Notes: generated from the letters alone by a model not told the origin. 29,262 nt of DNA from Promethearchaeia archaeon (GCA_029856045.1 JAHQWG010000031.1:1-29262); one strand, 5' to 3'. Shown: positions 1 through 9,207, counted from the first letter of the stretch. Numbers and translations are program-made.

Positions 1-2
1 GA

Positions 3-827
3 AAATATTATGGTCCCAATAATAACGGATTACATATGGCGTTTTTATTCGAATTTACATCTGCACCGTTCAAACCTCAAAAATATTCCCAAATAATTAG
101 AAGTATCGAGAATGCTTTACCATTCCCCTATACTCCCACTTATGTTTATGGTAATCACGACCGAATGAGATTTATAACCCGATTAAATCATGATTTTAAA
201 AAAGCAAAACTCGCTGCAACTATGCAATTAACTTTGCGTGGTGTCCCATTCATTTATTACGGCGAAGAAATTGGTATGCCAAATACTAAATTCAAGCTTA
301 AAACGAGTCAAGACCCAATTGGTCGGAAATTATCATGGGTACCAATTTCCCAAATTAAAGGCTTGGGATTTTCTTTAACACGTGATGGATGTCGAACTCC
401 CATGCAATGGAACGACGGACCTAATGCCGGTTTCTCTTCGGATCTCAATATAAAAACGTGGTTGAGAGTATCTAATTCGTATAAAAAAATTAATGTTGCT
501 AGAGAAATAAAAAATCCCGGGTCATTGTTAAATTGTTATAAGAGATTATTGAAAATTAGAAGAGAAAATATCATATTACAAGAAGGAAAATTTGAATTTA
601 TTGAAATGAAAAATTTAAAAAAGAAGTGTTTAGCATACCGTAGAATTCATAATAATCAAGAAATATTTACATATCTCAATTTTTCAAAAGATTTATTGAA
701 ATTAGATTGTCCTGTAAAAAAACCTACATTATTATTTTCCACATTGGCTAATAGGGTTGCATTAAATGTGAATTCCAACAATAATATTATGAAATTAACA
801 CCATTTGAAGGAATAATTTTCTCCTAA
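3..827 (+). CDS. GH13 alpha-glucosidase/oligo-1,6-glucosidase-like, C-terminal part (5'-truncated by window)
   Basis: Frame is open from nt 3 (KYYGPNNNGLHMAF...). GH13 motifs YGNHD, PFIYYGEEIGM, RDGCRTPMQW and the C-terminal beta domain (LAYRR...LNFS). Confidence 0.9.
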   Translation, partial: KYYGPNNNGLHMAFLFEFTSAPFKPQKYSQIIRSIENALPFPYTPTYVYGNHDRMRFITRLNHDFKKAKLAATMQLTLRGVPFIYYGEEIGMPNTKFKLKTSQDPIGRKLSWVPISQIKGLGFSLTRDGCRTPMQWNDGPNAGFSSDLNIKTWLRVSNSYKKINVAREIKNPGSLLNCYKRLLKIRRENIILQEGKFEFIEMKNLKKKCLAYRRIHNNQEIFTYLNFSKDLLKLDCPVKKPTLLFSTLANRVALNVNSNNNIMKLTPFEGIIFS

Positions 828-953
828 TTATTATTATCAATAAAAAGATTTTAAATAAGTTATTTACAATTATTTCGTCAAATCTAAACAAATTATAGTG
901 TATTTTTCTTTATATAATTAATAATTCTAAATAAAAATCTTTTCGATGTTATT

Positions 954-1730
954 ATGGATAAGCAAGCAGTTTTAATATCTGTCGCTAAATTAGCAGAAAT
1001 GATAATCGAGGCAAAACATACAACCGTTTTGACAGGAGCTGGCATTTCAACTGAAAGTGGAATCCCAGACTTTCGAAGCCCAGGGGGTCTATGGGAAAAA
1101 TATGCTCCAGAGATTTATGGTAATATTCATAGTTTTTTAAAAGACCCTACGAAATTTTGGGAGATGGCAGAAAAAATAGCTCCAAACATTTTTAACGCTA
1201 AACCCAATCCTGCCCATTATGCATTAGCAGAGCTAGAAAAAATAAACATGATTAAAGCCATTATCACACAAAATATTGATGGACTTCATCAAAAAGCTGG
1301 ATCTGTTATAGTTTATGAAGTTCATGGAAATATCGAGCGCCTTATTTGTTTAGGTTGTAGATCTTCTTATCCCAAAAAACAAGTCATAAAGCAACTTAAA
1401 AAAGAAAAGAATTATCCTCCAATATGTGATATGTGCGGAGCTCCTTTAAAGCCTTCAGTCGTTTTATTTGGAGAGGACTTGCCTAAGTTTGAATTTTATC
1501 AATCTCATTCACTTTCTGAAAAATCAGATTTAATGATTGTAGCAGGTTCTTCCTTAGAAGTTGCACCTATAAGTGAATTGCCAAATTTAACTATTAAATA
1601 TGGAGGCAAATTGGTAATTATCAATGACATGCCAACACATATGGATAAAAAAGCTGAATTGGTTATTATAGGTAAATTAGGCACCATTCTTCCACTTGTT
1701 GTTAAAAAAGTTAAGGAAAAGATTTTTTGA
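954..1730 (+). CDS. cobB: NAD-dependent protein deacylase, Sir2 family
   Basis: GAGISTESGIPDFRS, ITQNIDGLHQKAG, EVHGN, Zn ligands CLGC/CDMC, LKPSVVLFGE, GSSLEV. Confidence 0.96.
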   Translation: MDKQAVLISVAKLAEMIIEAKHTTVLTGAGISTESGIPDFRSPGGLWEKYAPEIYGNIHSFLKDPTKFWEMAEKIAPNIFNAKPNPAHYALAELEKINMIKAIITQNIDGLHQKAGSVIVYEVHGNIERLICLGCRSSYPKKQVIKQLKKEKNYPPICDMCGAPLKPSVVLFGEDLPKFEFYQSHSLSEKSDLMIVAGSSLEVAPISELPNLTIKYGGKLVIINDMPTHMDKKAELVIIGKLGTILPLVVKKVKEKIF

Positions 1731-1836
1731 GCGGAAGTGGATGCAGAGTTTCACCGTATCCTTATATGCTTCATAGAAATATTTTAAATCGTTCTTTTTA
1801 ATTTAATTAAAGATGAGAAATATTATTTGATTTTAT

Positions 1837-1960
1837 AGAGTTATGTCCGATTTCCACTGGAGAAAGATTAAGCAGAGAGGAAACATTTAAGAGGAGAATG
1901 AGGTTTCTGAACCACTCAGAGAAATGCTCTGGGAAACTCCCGAACATAAATCTTCTCTGT
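1837..1960. other. GC-elevated structured intergenic island (possible ncRNA, MITE or IS-end relic)
   Basis: About 41% GC (49/120 at 1841-1960) in very AT-rich flanks. Imperfect inverted ends TTATGTCCGA(TTTCC) / (GGAAA)..CCGAACATAA; stem CAGAGAGGA/TCTTCTCTG; hairpins TCTGA-accac-TCAGA and GGGA-aac-TCCC. Confidence 0.3.
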
Positions 1961-2044
1961 TTAAAAATTTGTTTTCAAATCCTTTAAATTTATCAATCGA
2001 CTTTTTACTTTCTTTAGGATTATTTTTTTTGTTTTGTATAAAGT

Positions 2045-2060
2045 AAAAAAAAAAAGGATT
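2045..2060 (-). terminator. oligo(T) archaeal terminator downstream of 2093..2416
   Basis: Minus strand reads AATCC followed by T11 about 35 nt after the stop. The same AATCC-T10 motif follows the 6870..8291 gene. Confidence 0.5.
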
Positions 2061-2092
2061 TATTTTTTTAATTCAGGAGATTCCATAATTTT

Positions 2093-2416
2093 TTATTCTG
2101 GCATCTTGAGACCTATCATTGGCATAGCTTCTACTCCTGAGAAAAAGGTTTCTACTCTGAATTTCATTCCTTCGATATCTCTATAAAGTAATTGCTGTTC
2201 TGTAGCCCTTTTTATTACTTCTTCATATTTACCTTCTTTAACTTCTGTTATGCCTATTGATTCAATTTCATCATCTATTATCCTAGCAGCCAGTCGAACA
2301 ATAACCTTTTCTAAAGATCTATCAGGAGGATATTTTTTTGCAACTTCAATGAATCTTTCTGATACTTCTTTCGCTTTACTTACTGGAAAACGAGTAATCG
2401 ACATAATCAATACCAT
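2093..2416 (-). CDS. small hypothetical protein (107 aa), probable alpha/beta ferredoxin-like fold
   Basis: Clean ORF with AGAGGA SD-like element, upstream TTTATATA box and downstream T-tract. Alternating beta/alpha pattern. Confidence 0.75.
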   Translation of the reverse strand: MVLIMSITRFPVSKAKEVSERFIEVAKKYPPDRSLEKVIVRLAARIIDDEIESIGITEVKEGKYEEVIKRATEQQLLYRDIEGMKFRVETFFSGVEAMPMIGLKMPE

Positions 2417-2483
2417 GATTTTAATCCTCTATTTTTTAATTCTAAAATTGAAATTGGAGCCAATCATAATGATCATACTTTAC

Positions 2484-2491
2484 TATATAAA
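2484..2491 (-). promoter_or_regulatory. putative archaeal TATA box for 2093..2416
   Basis: Minus strand TTTATATA preceded by purine-rich AAAAGTAAAGC (BRE-like), about 70 nt upstream of the ATG. Confidence 0.4.
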
Positions 2492-2803
2492 GCTTTACTT
2501 TTTTGTCATTAATTACTAAAATGCTATTTCTAACTATTATAAAAAAATTTAGAAATGAAATAAAGAAAAATCGAGATAGCCATCATATCTTTTTAATTAT
2601 TGTCTGCTTTGATTGCATAATTTGAGATGACTAATCTTATTAAATCAACCTAATTTTCTCTTGATGGGAGTCTGATCAATTTAAAACCAATATTTTCTCC
2701 TATACTTTGATTAAATTCTTCTATAAAATGTTAATTTAAATTTGTTTGGTTATTATTAGTTATTATAAAGATTAACGTTAGTTTAGAAAGGTTTTATTCG
2801 AAC

Positions 2804-2974
2804 ATGCCTATAAATCTAAGCATTATATTGACGGCAATTATGGGGTTTTTTCTATTCGGACTGGCTTACTCTAATTACGGTATAGTTAAATCGGATCCGA
2901 GTAAGAGAATATTTACCTACGCTTTCAATATCGAGAATTTGGCAAATATATTAAAATGTAAAAAAGAGGATTAA
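2804..2974 (+). CDS. putative small membrane protein (56 aa), not in ORF track
   Basis: MPINLSIILTAIMGFFLFGLAYSNYGIVKSDPSKRIFTYAFNIENLANILKCKKED*; one N-terminal hydrophobic segment; ends 16 nt before the radical SAM start. Confidence 0.35.
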   Translation: MPINLSIILTAIMGFFLFGLAYSNYGIVKSDPSKRIFTYAFNIENLANILKCKKED

Positions 2975-2990
2975 AGTCAATAATATTATA

Positions 2991-4661
2991 ATGGAATATC
3001 TTGTTGAAGAGCAAAATATTGCTAAAAAAGATTGGAGAACAATAAAATTATCATTTGCTTTAATATATCCGAATGTTTATCGCATTGGAATGTCTAGTTA
3101 TTCTATACATCTCATTTATTCATTATTAAATTCAAGAGAAGATATTGTATGTGAAAGATTTTTTCTACCTGAAAATATTAGATACCCTGCTTCTCAAGAT
3201 AATAACGTAAATATGGGGAGAATTTTCAGTATAGAAAATCGAATTTTATTAAAAGAGTTTGATATTTTAGGATTTTCAATTCAATTTGAAAATGATTATA
3301 GAAATCTTCTTTGGATTTTGGAAGCAGCAGGAATTCCTCTAAGAACCAAAGAACGTCGTGAAGAATTTAAAGAAAAGGGAACAATTTATCCTTTAATAAT
3401 TGCTGGTGGACCTTGTGCGACTTCAAATGCAATGGTTTTGTCGGAATATATTGATTTATTTTTTATTGGTGATATTGAGCCAAATTTAAATGAGTTTTTA
3501 GACTTAACAATAGAAATAAAAGAAAAATTTGTAAATTTGAATAATGACTTAGAAGTTTTTCGAAAAATCAATGGCATTTTTATCCCTTTGATAAAAAATA
3601 ATTGCAAAAGAACAATCTTAAAAAATTTAGATGAATCAAAAACGCCTTTATTACAAATTAAATCAATTTTTGATCTGCCAATAACCAATCGAAAAGGTGG
3701 CAAGAAACAAAAGGGATTAGCTTTTGGTGATACATATCTACTGGAAATAAATCGTGGATGTCCATTTAATTGTAAATTTTGTATCTCATGCCATCATAAC
3801 ACACCCTTTAGAAACAAGAGTTTTGAAGATATTATTAAAACGATTGACAAAGCCAGAGAACTGCAAAAGATAAAAAAAATTACTTTTATTGGCTCCTGTG
3901 TGACAAGTCACCCGAATTTTATTGAGATCTGTAATTATTTATTGAAAAATAACATAGAATTTATGATACCATCAATTAGGATTGATCATATTACCAAGAG
4001 ATTAATTGGGATTTTAGAGAAAGGAAATATCAAAACAATAACAATAGCTCCTGAAACTGGTTTCAATAATCTTAGATATTCTATAGGAAAAAAAATTTCT
4101 AATGAACAAATAATAGAAGCGGTTAAAATTATAAGAGATTCAATTATTAGGAATATAAAATTTTATTTTTTAATTGGCTTACCAGGCGAACAAGAGGATG
4201 AGGCCGATGCGATTATGGAGTTAATGACAACTATTAATGAATTGGGTTTTGAAAAAGATTCTTTAAAAGTAAATTTAAATCCATTTATCCCAAAATTAAA
4301 TACTCCTTTTCAAATCTACACAGATTTTTTTTTAGAAACTAATTTAAAGAACCTAAAAAATAAATTTGAAAAAATTCAAAATGGAATTAGTAAAATGCCT
4401 TCAGTTAAATTAAAAATAAAAAATATAAAAAAAATAATTAATGAAGCATTGATACAAACTCTATTTTCTGTTGGAGATAATGAAGTTTCAGGGCTATTAT
4501 TCGATTATTATCATTATGGTGCAACCCTAGGGGCGTTAAAGAAGGCAGCAAAAAAAATTAATTTTTCATTTGACACGTATTTTAAGCAAATAAGAGATGG
4601 TTATAAACCACTGCCACCTTCTTGTTCAATTTTATTACAAAAATCATTAAAAGATATTTAA
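2991..4661 (+). CDS. radical SAM protein with N-terminal B12-binding-like domain (TIGR03960-like architecture)
   Basis: CxxxCxxC motif EINRGCPFNCKFC; N-terminal YPNVYRIGMS...CERFF, DILGFSIQFE, IIAGGP; TIAPETG; YFLIGLPGE; PFIPKLNTPFQ. Confidence 0.88.
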   Translation: MEYLVEEQNIAKKDWRTIKLSFALIYPNVYRIGMSSYSIHLIYSLLNSREDIVCERFFLPENIRYPASQDNNVNMGRIFSIENRILLKEFDILGFSIQFENDYRNLLWILEAAGIPLRTKERREEFKEKGTIYPLIIAGGPCATSNAMVLSEYIDLFFIGDIEPNLNEFLDLTIEIKEKFVNLNNDLEVFRKINGIFIPLIKNNCKRTILKNLDESKTPLLQIKSIFDLPITNRKGGKKQKGLAFGDTYLLEINRGCPFNCKFCISCHHNTPFRNKSFEDIIKTIDKARELQKIKKITFIGSCVTSHPNFIEICNYLLKNNIEFMIPSIRIDHITKRLIGILEKGNIKTITIAPETGFNNLRYSIGKKISNEQIIEAVKIIRDSIIRNIKFYFLIGLPGEQEDEADAIMELMTTINELGFEKDSLKVNLNPFIPKLNTPFQIYTDFFLETNLKNLKNKFEKIQNGISKMPSVKLKIKNIKKIINEALIQTLFSVGDNEVSGLLFDYYHYGATLGALKKAAKKINFSFDTYFKQIRDGYKPLPPSCSILLQKSLKDI

Positions 4662-4672
4662 AACCACAATCT

Positions 4673-5164
4673 TTATGTTAATTTAAAATGAAATTTACAT
4701 ATATTATCTCCTAATCCCATAAATTTATCTCTTTTTATTTGAATTTTAGGATTAAATGATTCAATAGCACTCTTATAAAGAGGAATACATATTTTCTTGC
4801 ATATTTGAGAGATTACATGGTGACGTTCTTCATTTCTATCCATCATTGCTTTATAAGGACACTTTTTTAGTTCGATATCTGCCTCTTTCTCCTCATTTTT
4901 GACAATTTCATACTCCCAACCTTCACAACTCCATCTAAATGAGAGAATTTCCACTAAATCTTTAACAGAATCTGATTTAATATTTAAATAACGTTTTATC
5001 CGGCCAAGTATTATCTTTAAAAATCTTTTCCATACTACTAAATCGATTTTTAGTGCTGTATCAAAATCTGTTTGATTCTCAATCTCTACTACAAATAAAC
5101 CGTCAAGTGTAAAAAAATTCCTTTCAAAATAGAATAATTTATCCTCTATACTTACATCCTTCAT
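4673..5164 (-). CDS. DUF6125 / V4R-ATC-hydrolase-like small ligand-binding protein
   Basis: DGLFxxxxE N-terminal motif; conserved Cys pattern CP..C...C..C ending in C-x-F-x-F. Confidence 0.7.
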   Translation of the reverse strand: MKDVSIEDKLFYFERNFFTLDGLFVVEIENQTDFDTALKIDLVVWKRFLKIILGRIKRYLNIKSDSVKDLVEILSFRWSCEGWEYEIVKNEEKEADIELKKCPYKAMMDRNEERHHVISQICKKICIPLYKSAIESFNPKIQIKRDKFMGLGDNICKFHFKLT

Positions 5165-5229
5165 TTAAATTCAAATTTATTTATTTTCATTAATTTAATT
5201 AAAATAATATAAAGAAATCAGTGTTAAAG

Positions 5230-6654
5230 TTATTTTTTTTTACTCTTATATTTATAATATATACCCTGATCATAATTTTCTTTTTTTCTAGAATGCAAAT
5301 TCAATAAATCGGTGTGCAATTTGTTAAGAGATTCGCCATGATATGGAAAAAAATATATGAAAATTAAACTAATTGCGTGCATCACAGAAGGTGCTAAGAA
5401 TAGGAGGATTTTAATCCCAATGATAGCTTCTGCAGATTGTGATGGGGCATCCCTAAGGAAACCAAAAATAAGTAAAACGCTTGTTGCAATAATTGGTCCT
5501 ATACTTTCTGCTGGTTTGAATATAAGGGAACTAACCCCTTGGAAGATACTCTCCCGTCGACTTCCATGTTTAATTTCATCTTCATCTATCGCCAATGTTA
5601 AAAGGGTGAAATCAAAAATTACAAATCCTGAAAATAATGAGCTAATAGATATACAAATCCAAATAATTGGAACTGAATCGGTATTAAAAATTATTGCAAA
5701 ACAAATTAAATTAACAATAATAAGAGCACATTTAAGAATAATAATTACCTTTCGTATTCCCCATTTCTTAGCAACTTTCATATAGATAACTTGTGAAATA
5801 TATCCAAGACCCATTGTAATTATCATAAACAACATTGGTACAATCGGACCAGTCCCTAAGATGAATAAAAAGGCAAATAAAAATGATAATCCCATAGATC
5901 TTGCTATAACATTAAAAAAGAGATAGCCACTTCGTGTTAAAAACGCTCTTGACTTAAGAACATCTTTCATCACTTGCAAAAGGTTATAATCCTCCTCAAT
6001 CCTTAATTCAGGTCTTTCTTTAAGAATCCGAACTGCAATAAAGTATAAAATTATTGAGATTATTGCTATAATACCATTCAAGATTTGAAATGCTTGTAAA
6101 CTGTTTTCAAACAATGGCTGTGCAAGGAATACAGGAACTGCAGCAAAAATTTGTGAGAGATTAAAAATAAAATATAATTTATTACGCATTTCAATGCTAT
6201 CAGTCATTTCTGCCATTAACGACATATATAATCCTATTACAATAGAGAGGAGGGTATCGAAAATACATATACTTAATATAAAATGAATGAATATTACTAT
6301 TTGATCGGTATAACTCCAAGGAAACCACATTAAAAAGTAAAGTATTGCCCATATTGGTCCACACCATTTTATATATATCAGTCTCCGACTCCCCCATTTA
6401 TCAATATTAGTACGATCACTTAAATTCCCGGTTATTGGATCATTAATTGCATTTATTGTTGCATAAATCACCTGTCCAATGATAAAAAGAGTTTGATTTA
6501 AACCCAAAAAGTTCCAGAAAAAATTTACATACATCAAAGTAAATATTCCTGCCATCATAAAACTTGGGGATGCTCCAAATCCATAAGTAAATACCTGTTT
6601 TCGAGGCAACTTTTCGATTATTGATAAATTTTCATTTTTTAACGGCTTTTCCAT
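5230..6654 (-). CDS. MFS transporter, GPH (MelB-like glycoside:cation symporter) family
   Basis: About 12 TM segments; NAINDPITGNLSDRT...WGSRR; AIDEDEIKHGSRRESIFQG. Confidence 0.9.
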   Translation of the reverse strand: MEKPLKNENLSIIEKLPRKQVFTYGFGASPSFMMAGIFTLMYVNFFWNFLGLNQTLFIIGQVIYATINAINDPITGNLSDRTNIDKWGSRRLIYIKWCGPIWAILYFLMWFPWSYTDQIVIFIHFILSICIFDTLLSIVIGLYMSLMAEMTDSIEMRNKLYFIFNLSQIFAAVPVFLAQPLFENSLQAFQILNGIIAIISIILYFIAVRILKERPELRIEEDYNLLQVMKDVLKSRAFLTRSGYLFFNVIARSMGLSFLFAFLFILGTGPIVPMLFMIITMGLGYISQVIYMKVAKKWGIRKVIIILKCALIIVNLICFAIIFNTDSVPIIWICISISSLFSGFVIFDFTLLTLAIDEDEIKHGSRRESIFQGVSSLIFKPAESIGPIIATSVLLIFGFLRDAPSQSAEAIIGIKILLFLAPSVMHAISLIFIYFFPYHGESLNKLHTDLLNLHSRKKENYDQGIYYKYKSKKK

Positions 6655-6845
6655 TTAATTCACTTTTCTTCAATTTTAATCATCATATTTCAAATTTACG
6701 GAAAAAATTAGGCATTATATTAAAAATATTATTATTTATGGATAATAATAGTTTTTAAAATTAATCAGTATTGAACAATGTTAAGTTTTAGTTTCTTTTG
6801 AGTACAACATCTCTTTATTAAAATTAAATCTTATTTAGTATTTTT

Positions 6846-6860
6846 AAAAAAAAAAGGATT
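6846..6860 (-). terminator. oligo(T) terminator after FrhB-TrmB fusion gene
   Basis: Minus strand AATCC + T10 about 10 nt after the stop codon. Confidence 0.5.
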
Positions 6861-6869
6861 GCTTTTAAA

Positions 6870-8291
6870 TTAAATCAAATCCATAAATCCTTTGTATCCC
6901 ATATGCATGAGATTATTTTGAATAAAGAGTTTCTCTAAATCAATTATACCATCCGATTTGAGTTTTTTAATGTTTTTCTGGAACTTATATATTTCACTCT
7001 TGATAAGCTGAGTTGGATTAATCGGATTATAAACACCTTTAGTTTTTAATATCCATTCTCGTTGCTGTAGCGTATTAAGAACATTATTAATCTCTGTTTC
7101 CTCTACTTTCATTACCTTACTTAACATCGAGATATCTGCATATCCTAAAGACATAAGGGTCGTATAAGTTTTTGCCTCGATCTCGGATACATTTAAAAGT
7201 TGGATAGCGGATATTACTTTCTCATCCATTTTGGTTAATTTCGACTTTTTTCTTAGAGACTCTTTCTCGACTTTCGAGAGATCAATTGTATCAGCAACGG
7301 TTATTTTCCCAGCAGTTACTGCATCATTAAATAGTTTTACACCAATATCAGAGCGTATGATTACACTATTCCAATCATCTGCAGGAGCACCGACACTTCC
7401 TACTGATATATCTGCAAACTCAGCAGTGTAGTCCTTACAGTATTGGCAACTAGGCCAATTATGTACTTTGGTCTCTTTTATTGGAATTTCTTTAACCGAC
7501 CCATCTTTCTTATAGGCTAAGAATTTACCACGTGAAATGTCAATTTTCTTTACATCATTTATTGGTATTCTAAGTTCTTCTTGAACAGTTTTTCTCATTA
7601 AATTATATGAATAGTTTGAGGAACAATAAAGTCCAATGATTAGTTTAAATTTACCAAGTTTATCTGAGAGAGGTGGCCACAATTGGAGTTTTCTTGCCGC
7701 TTGGATTTGGCAGGGCATGCCAACAAAAGCAAGGTTTTCGAGTTCATATTCATATATTGCTTCTTTATATGTTAATAAACTTGACGCAATAGTATAACGG
7801 GAGCCCGCTGCAGTCAAAACTTCTTCTGGTGTTCTTGCAATAAAGGGTTTCGGATGCCAATTTTCATCCCTACCAGTAAGAAGGGCTCCATCAATTAATC
7901 CTGTATTTAGAGCGTGAATAAGTAGTGTAGAAACCACTCCACCATTTTGAGCTACCTTTAAAATTGCTTCATCTGTGCTTTTTGCAGCATTAGCTTTTTG
8001 ATAATATCCCAATAAAGAATTATTACGAGTTTGACCATTGAAAAATTCTTTCTCAGCCTCTTCTTCTGGAAAATAAGTTCTTGCGCAGTATTTAAAGCAC
8101 ATTGAACACTCAGGATCGTATTCTAGAAGTTTTGGTTCTTTATCCTTTATATCAATGCGAGGACAAAGTGAAACGCATGTTCCGCAAAGGACACATAGAT
8201 CTTTATCTAAAACGAAATCATGCAAGTCTCGAAATCCTATACCTTCAATACAAGATTGTAAATAATCAATAATTGGCTCTTTTATTTCCAT
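6870..8291 (-). CDS. coenzyme F420 hydrogenase/dehydrogenase beta-subunit (FrhB/FpoF-like) protein with C-terminal TrmB-type winged HTH
   Basis: N-terminal CVLCGTCVSLCP and D-x2-CSMCFKYC ferredoxin motifs; AQNGGVVSTLL, AAGSRYT, VGMPCQI, IGLYC, CQYCKDYTAEFADISVGSVG. Residues ~355-473 read LLNVSEIEAKTYTTLMSLG...INNVLNTLQQREWI...YNPINP. Confidence 0.88.
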   Translation of the reverse strand: MEIKEPIIDYLQSCIEGIGFRDLHDFVLDKDLCVLCGTCVSLCPRIDIKDKEPKLLEYDPECSMCFKYCARTYFPEEEAEKEFFNGQTRNNSLLGYYQKANAAKSTDEAILKVAQNGGVVSTLLIHALNTGLIDGALLTGRDENWHPKPFIARTPEEVLTAAGSRYTIASSLLTYKEAIYEYELENLAFVGMPCQIQAARKLQLWPPLSDKLGKFKLIIGLYCSSNYSYNLMRKTVQEELRIPINDVKKIDISRGKFLAYKKDGSVKEIPIKETKVHNWPSCQYCKDYTAEFADISVGSVGAPADDWNSVIIRSDIGVKLFNDAVTAGKITVADTIDLSKVEKESLRKKSKLTKMDEKVISAIQLLNVSEIEAKTYTTLMSLGYADISMLSKVMKVEETEINNVLNTLQQREWILKTKGVYNPINPTQLIKSEIYKFQKNIKKLKSDGIIDLEKLFIQNNLMHMGYKGFMDLI

Positions 8292-8557
8292 TTTTCAATC
8301 CTCTGTTATTTTTTGTTAACTTATTTGATTTTGTTTTTTCTATAATCGTACATGTAATATAACCAAAATGAAAATTTAAGTTTTTATAGTTGATAATCCT
8401 ACATACGATCTGTAATATATAATCTATGATCTTGATAATAGAACCTATCAAATTAAAAAATCTTATGAATTTTATAGATAACGTGATTTAAAAGGAACCA
8501 TTTACTGATTTATTAAAAGAACTATATTATTAAATTATAAACCACTTAACGATTGAA

Positions 8558-9085
8558 ATGAGAAAAAATAGAAAATTAATAGTATTTATGCTTATTCTGG
8601 AATTTTTTTTCTCAATATATATTATAAACTCCAAGGATTTTAAACCAAATTCAAAAATATTAAAAATAAAAATATTGGATGAGGATGATATCTTTGGAGA
8701 ATTTACAGTAATTAGTCCAAATAGTCTTGATGTATTAAGAATGGGGGAAAATTTCACTATAAAGTGGAATTTTATGGGTGACGTTAAATATGTCTCGATT
8801 GCATTATATAAAAGTATGGAATTTATAGATTCAATTGCCATTACTGCAAAAAATGACGGAGAGTATAAATGGAGTGTTGGACAATATGAGGAGGGAATAG
8901 ACTATTCAATTCGCATATGGGATTACAATAATTACCAAACTGGTGATTTTAGCGATTATTTTCAAATTAATTCTAATAGTGGCAATCATTTTGAACCGAT
9001 TATTAAATTATTCATAATCATTGGGATTTCAGTTGGAATAGTCTTTGTAATTATAATTTTTCTAAAAAAAGAGATATTTTCCTAA
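8558..9085 (+). CDS. secreted, C-terminally membrane-anchored Ig-like protein (Kre9/Knh1-like 'Ser-Thr-rich GPI-anchored' family domain)
   Basis: N-terminal basic + hydrophobic signal; VISPN...GENFTIKW...VSIALYK...NDGEYKW...YSIRI...SDYFQI; C-terminal TM followed by KK. Confidence 0.75.
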   Translation: MRKNRKLIVFMLILEFFFSIYIINSKDFKPNSKILKIKILDEDDIFGEFTVISPNSLDVLRMGENFTIKWNFMGDVKYVSIALYKSMEFIDSIAITAKNDGEYKWSVGQYEEGIDYSIRIWDYNNYQTGDFSDYFQINSNSGNHFEPIIKLFIIIGISVGIVFVIIIFLKKEIFS

Positions 9086-9207
9086 AGAAAATCAAGATAT
9101 GATTTATAATTTAAAGGATCAAATACAAAGCTTTAGTGAGTTCAGTGATACGGGGATCCCCTGTAAGAGCGAAAAGACACAATTAGAATCTGAATTCATT
9201 GAACAAA

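Noticed and set aside
1728-1935. Selenocysteine read-through of the cobB TGA with a downstream SECIS-like ATGA hairpin (1898-1930)
   Set aside because: The Sir2 domain is already complete, and the read-through adds only 18 unremarkable residues. The hairpin lacks the 3' GA of the SECIS core (reads TGC).
2593-2730. Minus-strand protein-like stretch with one in-frame TAG (HFIEEFNQSIGENIGFKLIRLPSREN*VDLIRLVISNY...)
   Set aside because: No start codon (preceded by TAA), no recognisable family and no support for pyrrolysine. At most a decayed gene fragment.
9152-9161. Perfect palindrome GGGGATCCCC, with weak resemblance to the reverse complement of 1742-1760
   Set aside because: Single short palindrome with no ribozyme core or tRNA features; the similarity is short and could be chance. 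It may simply aid termination between convergent genes.
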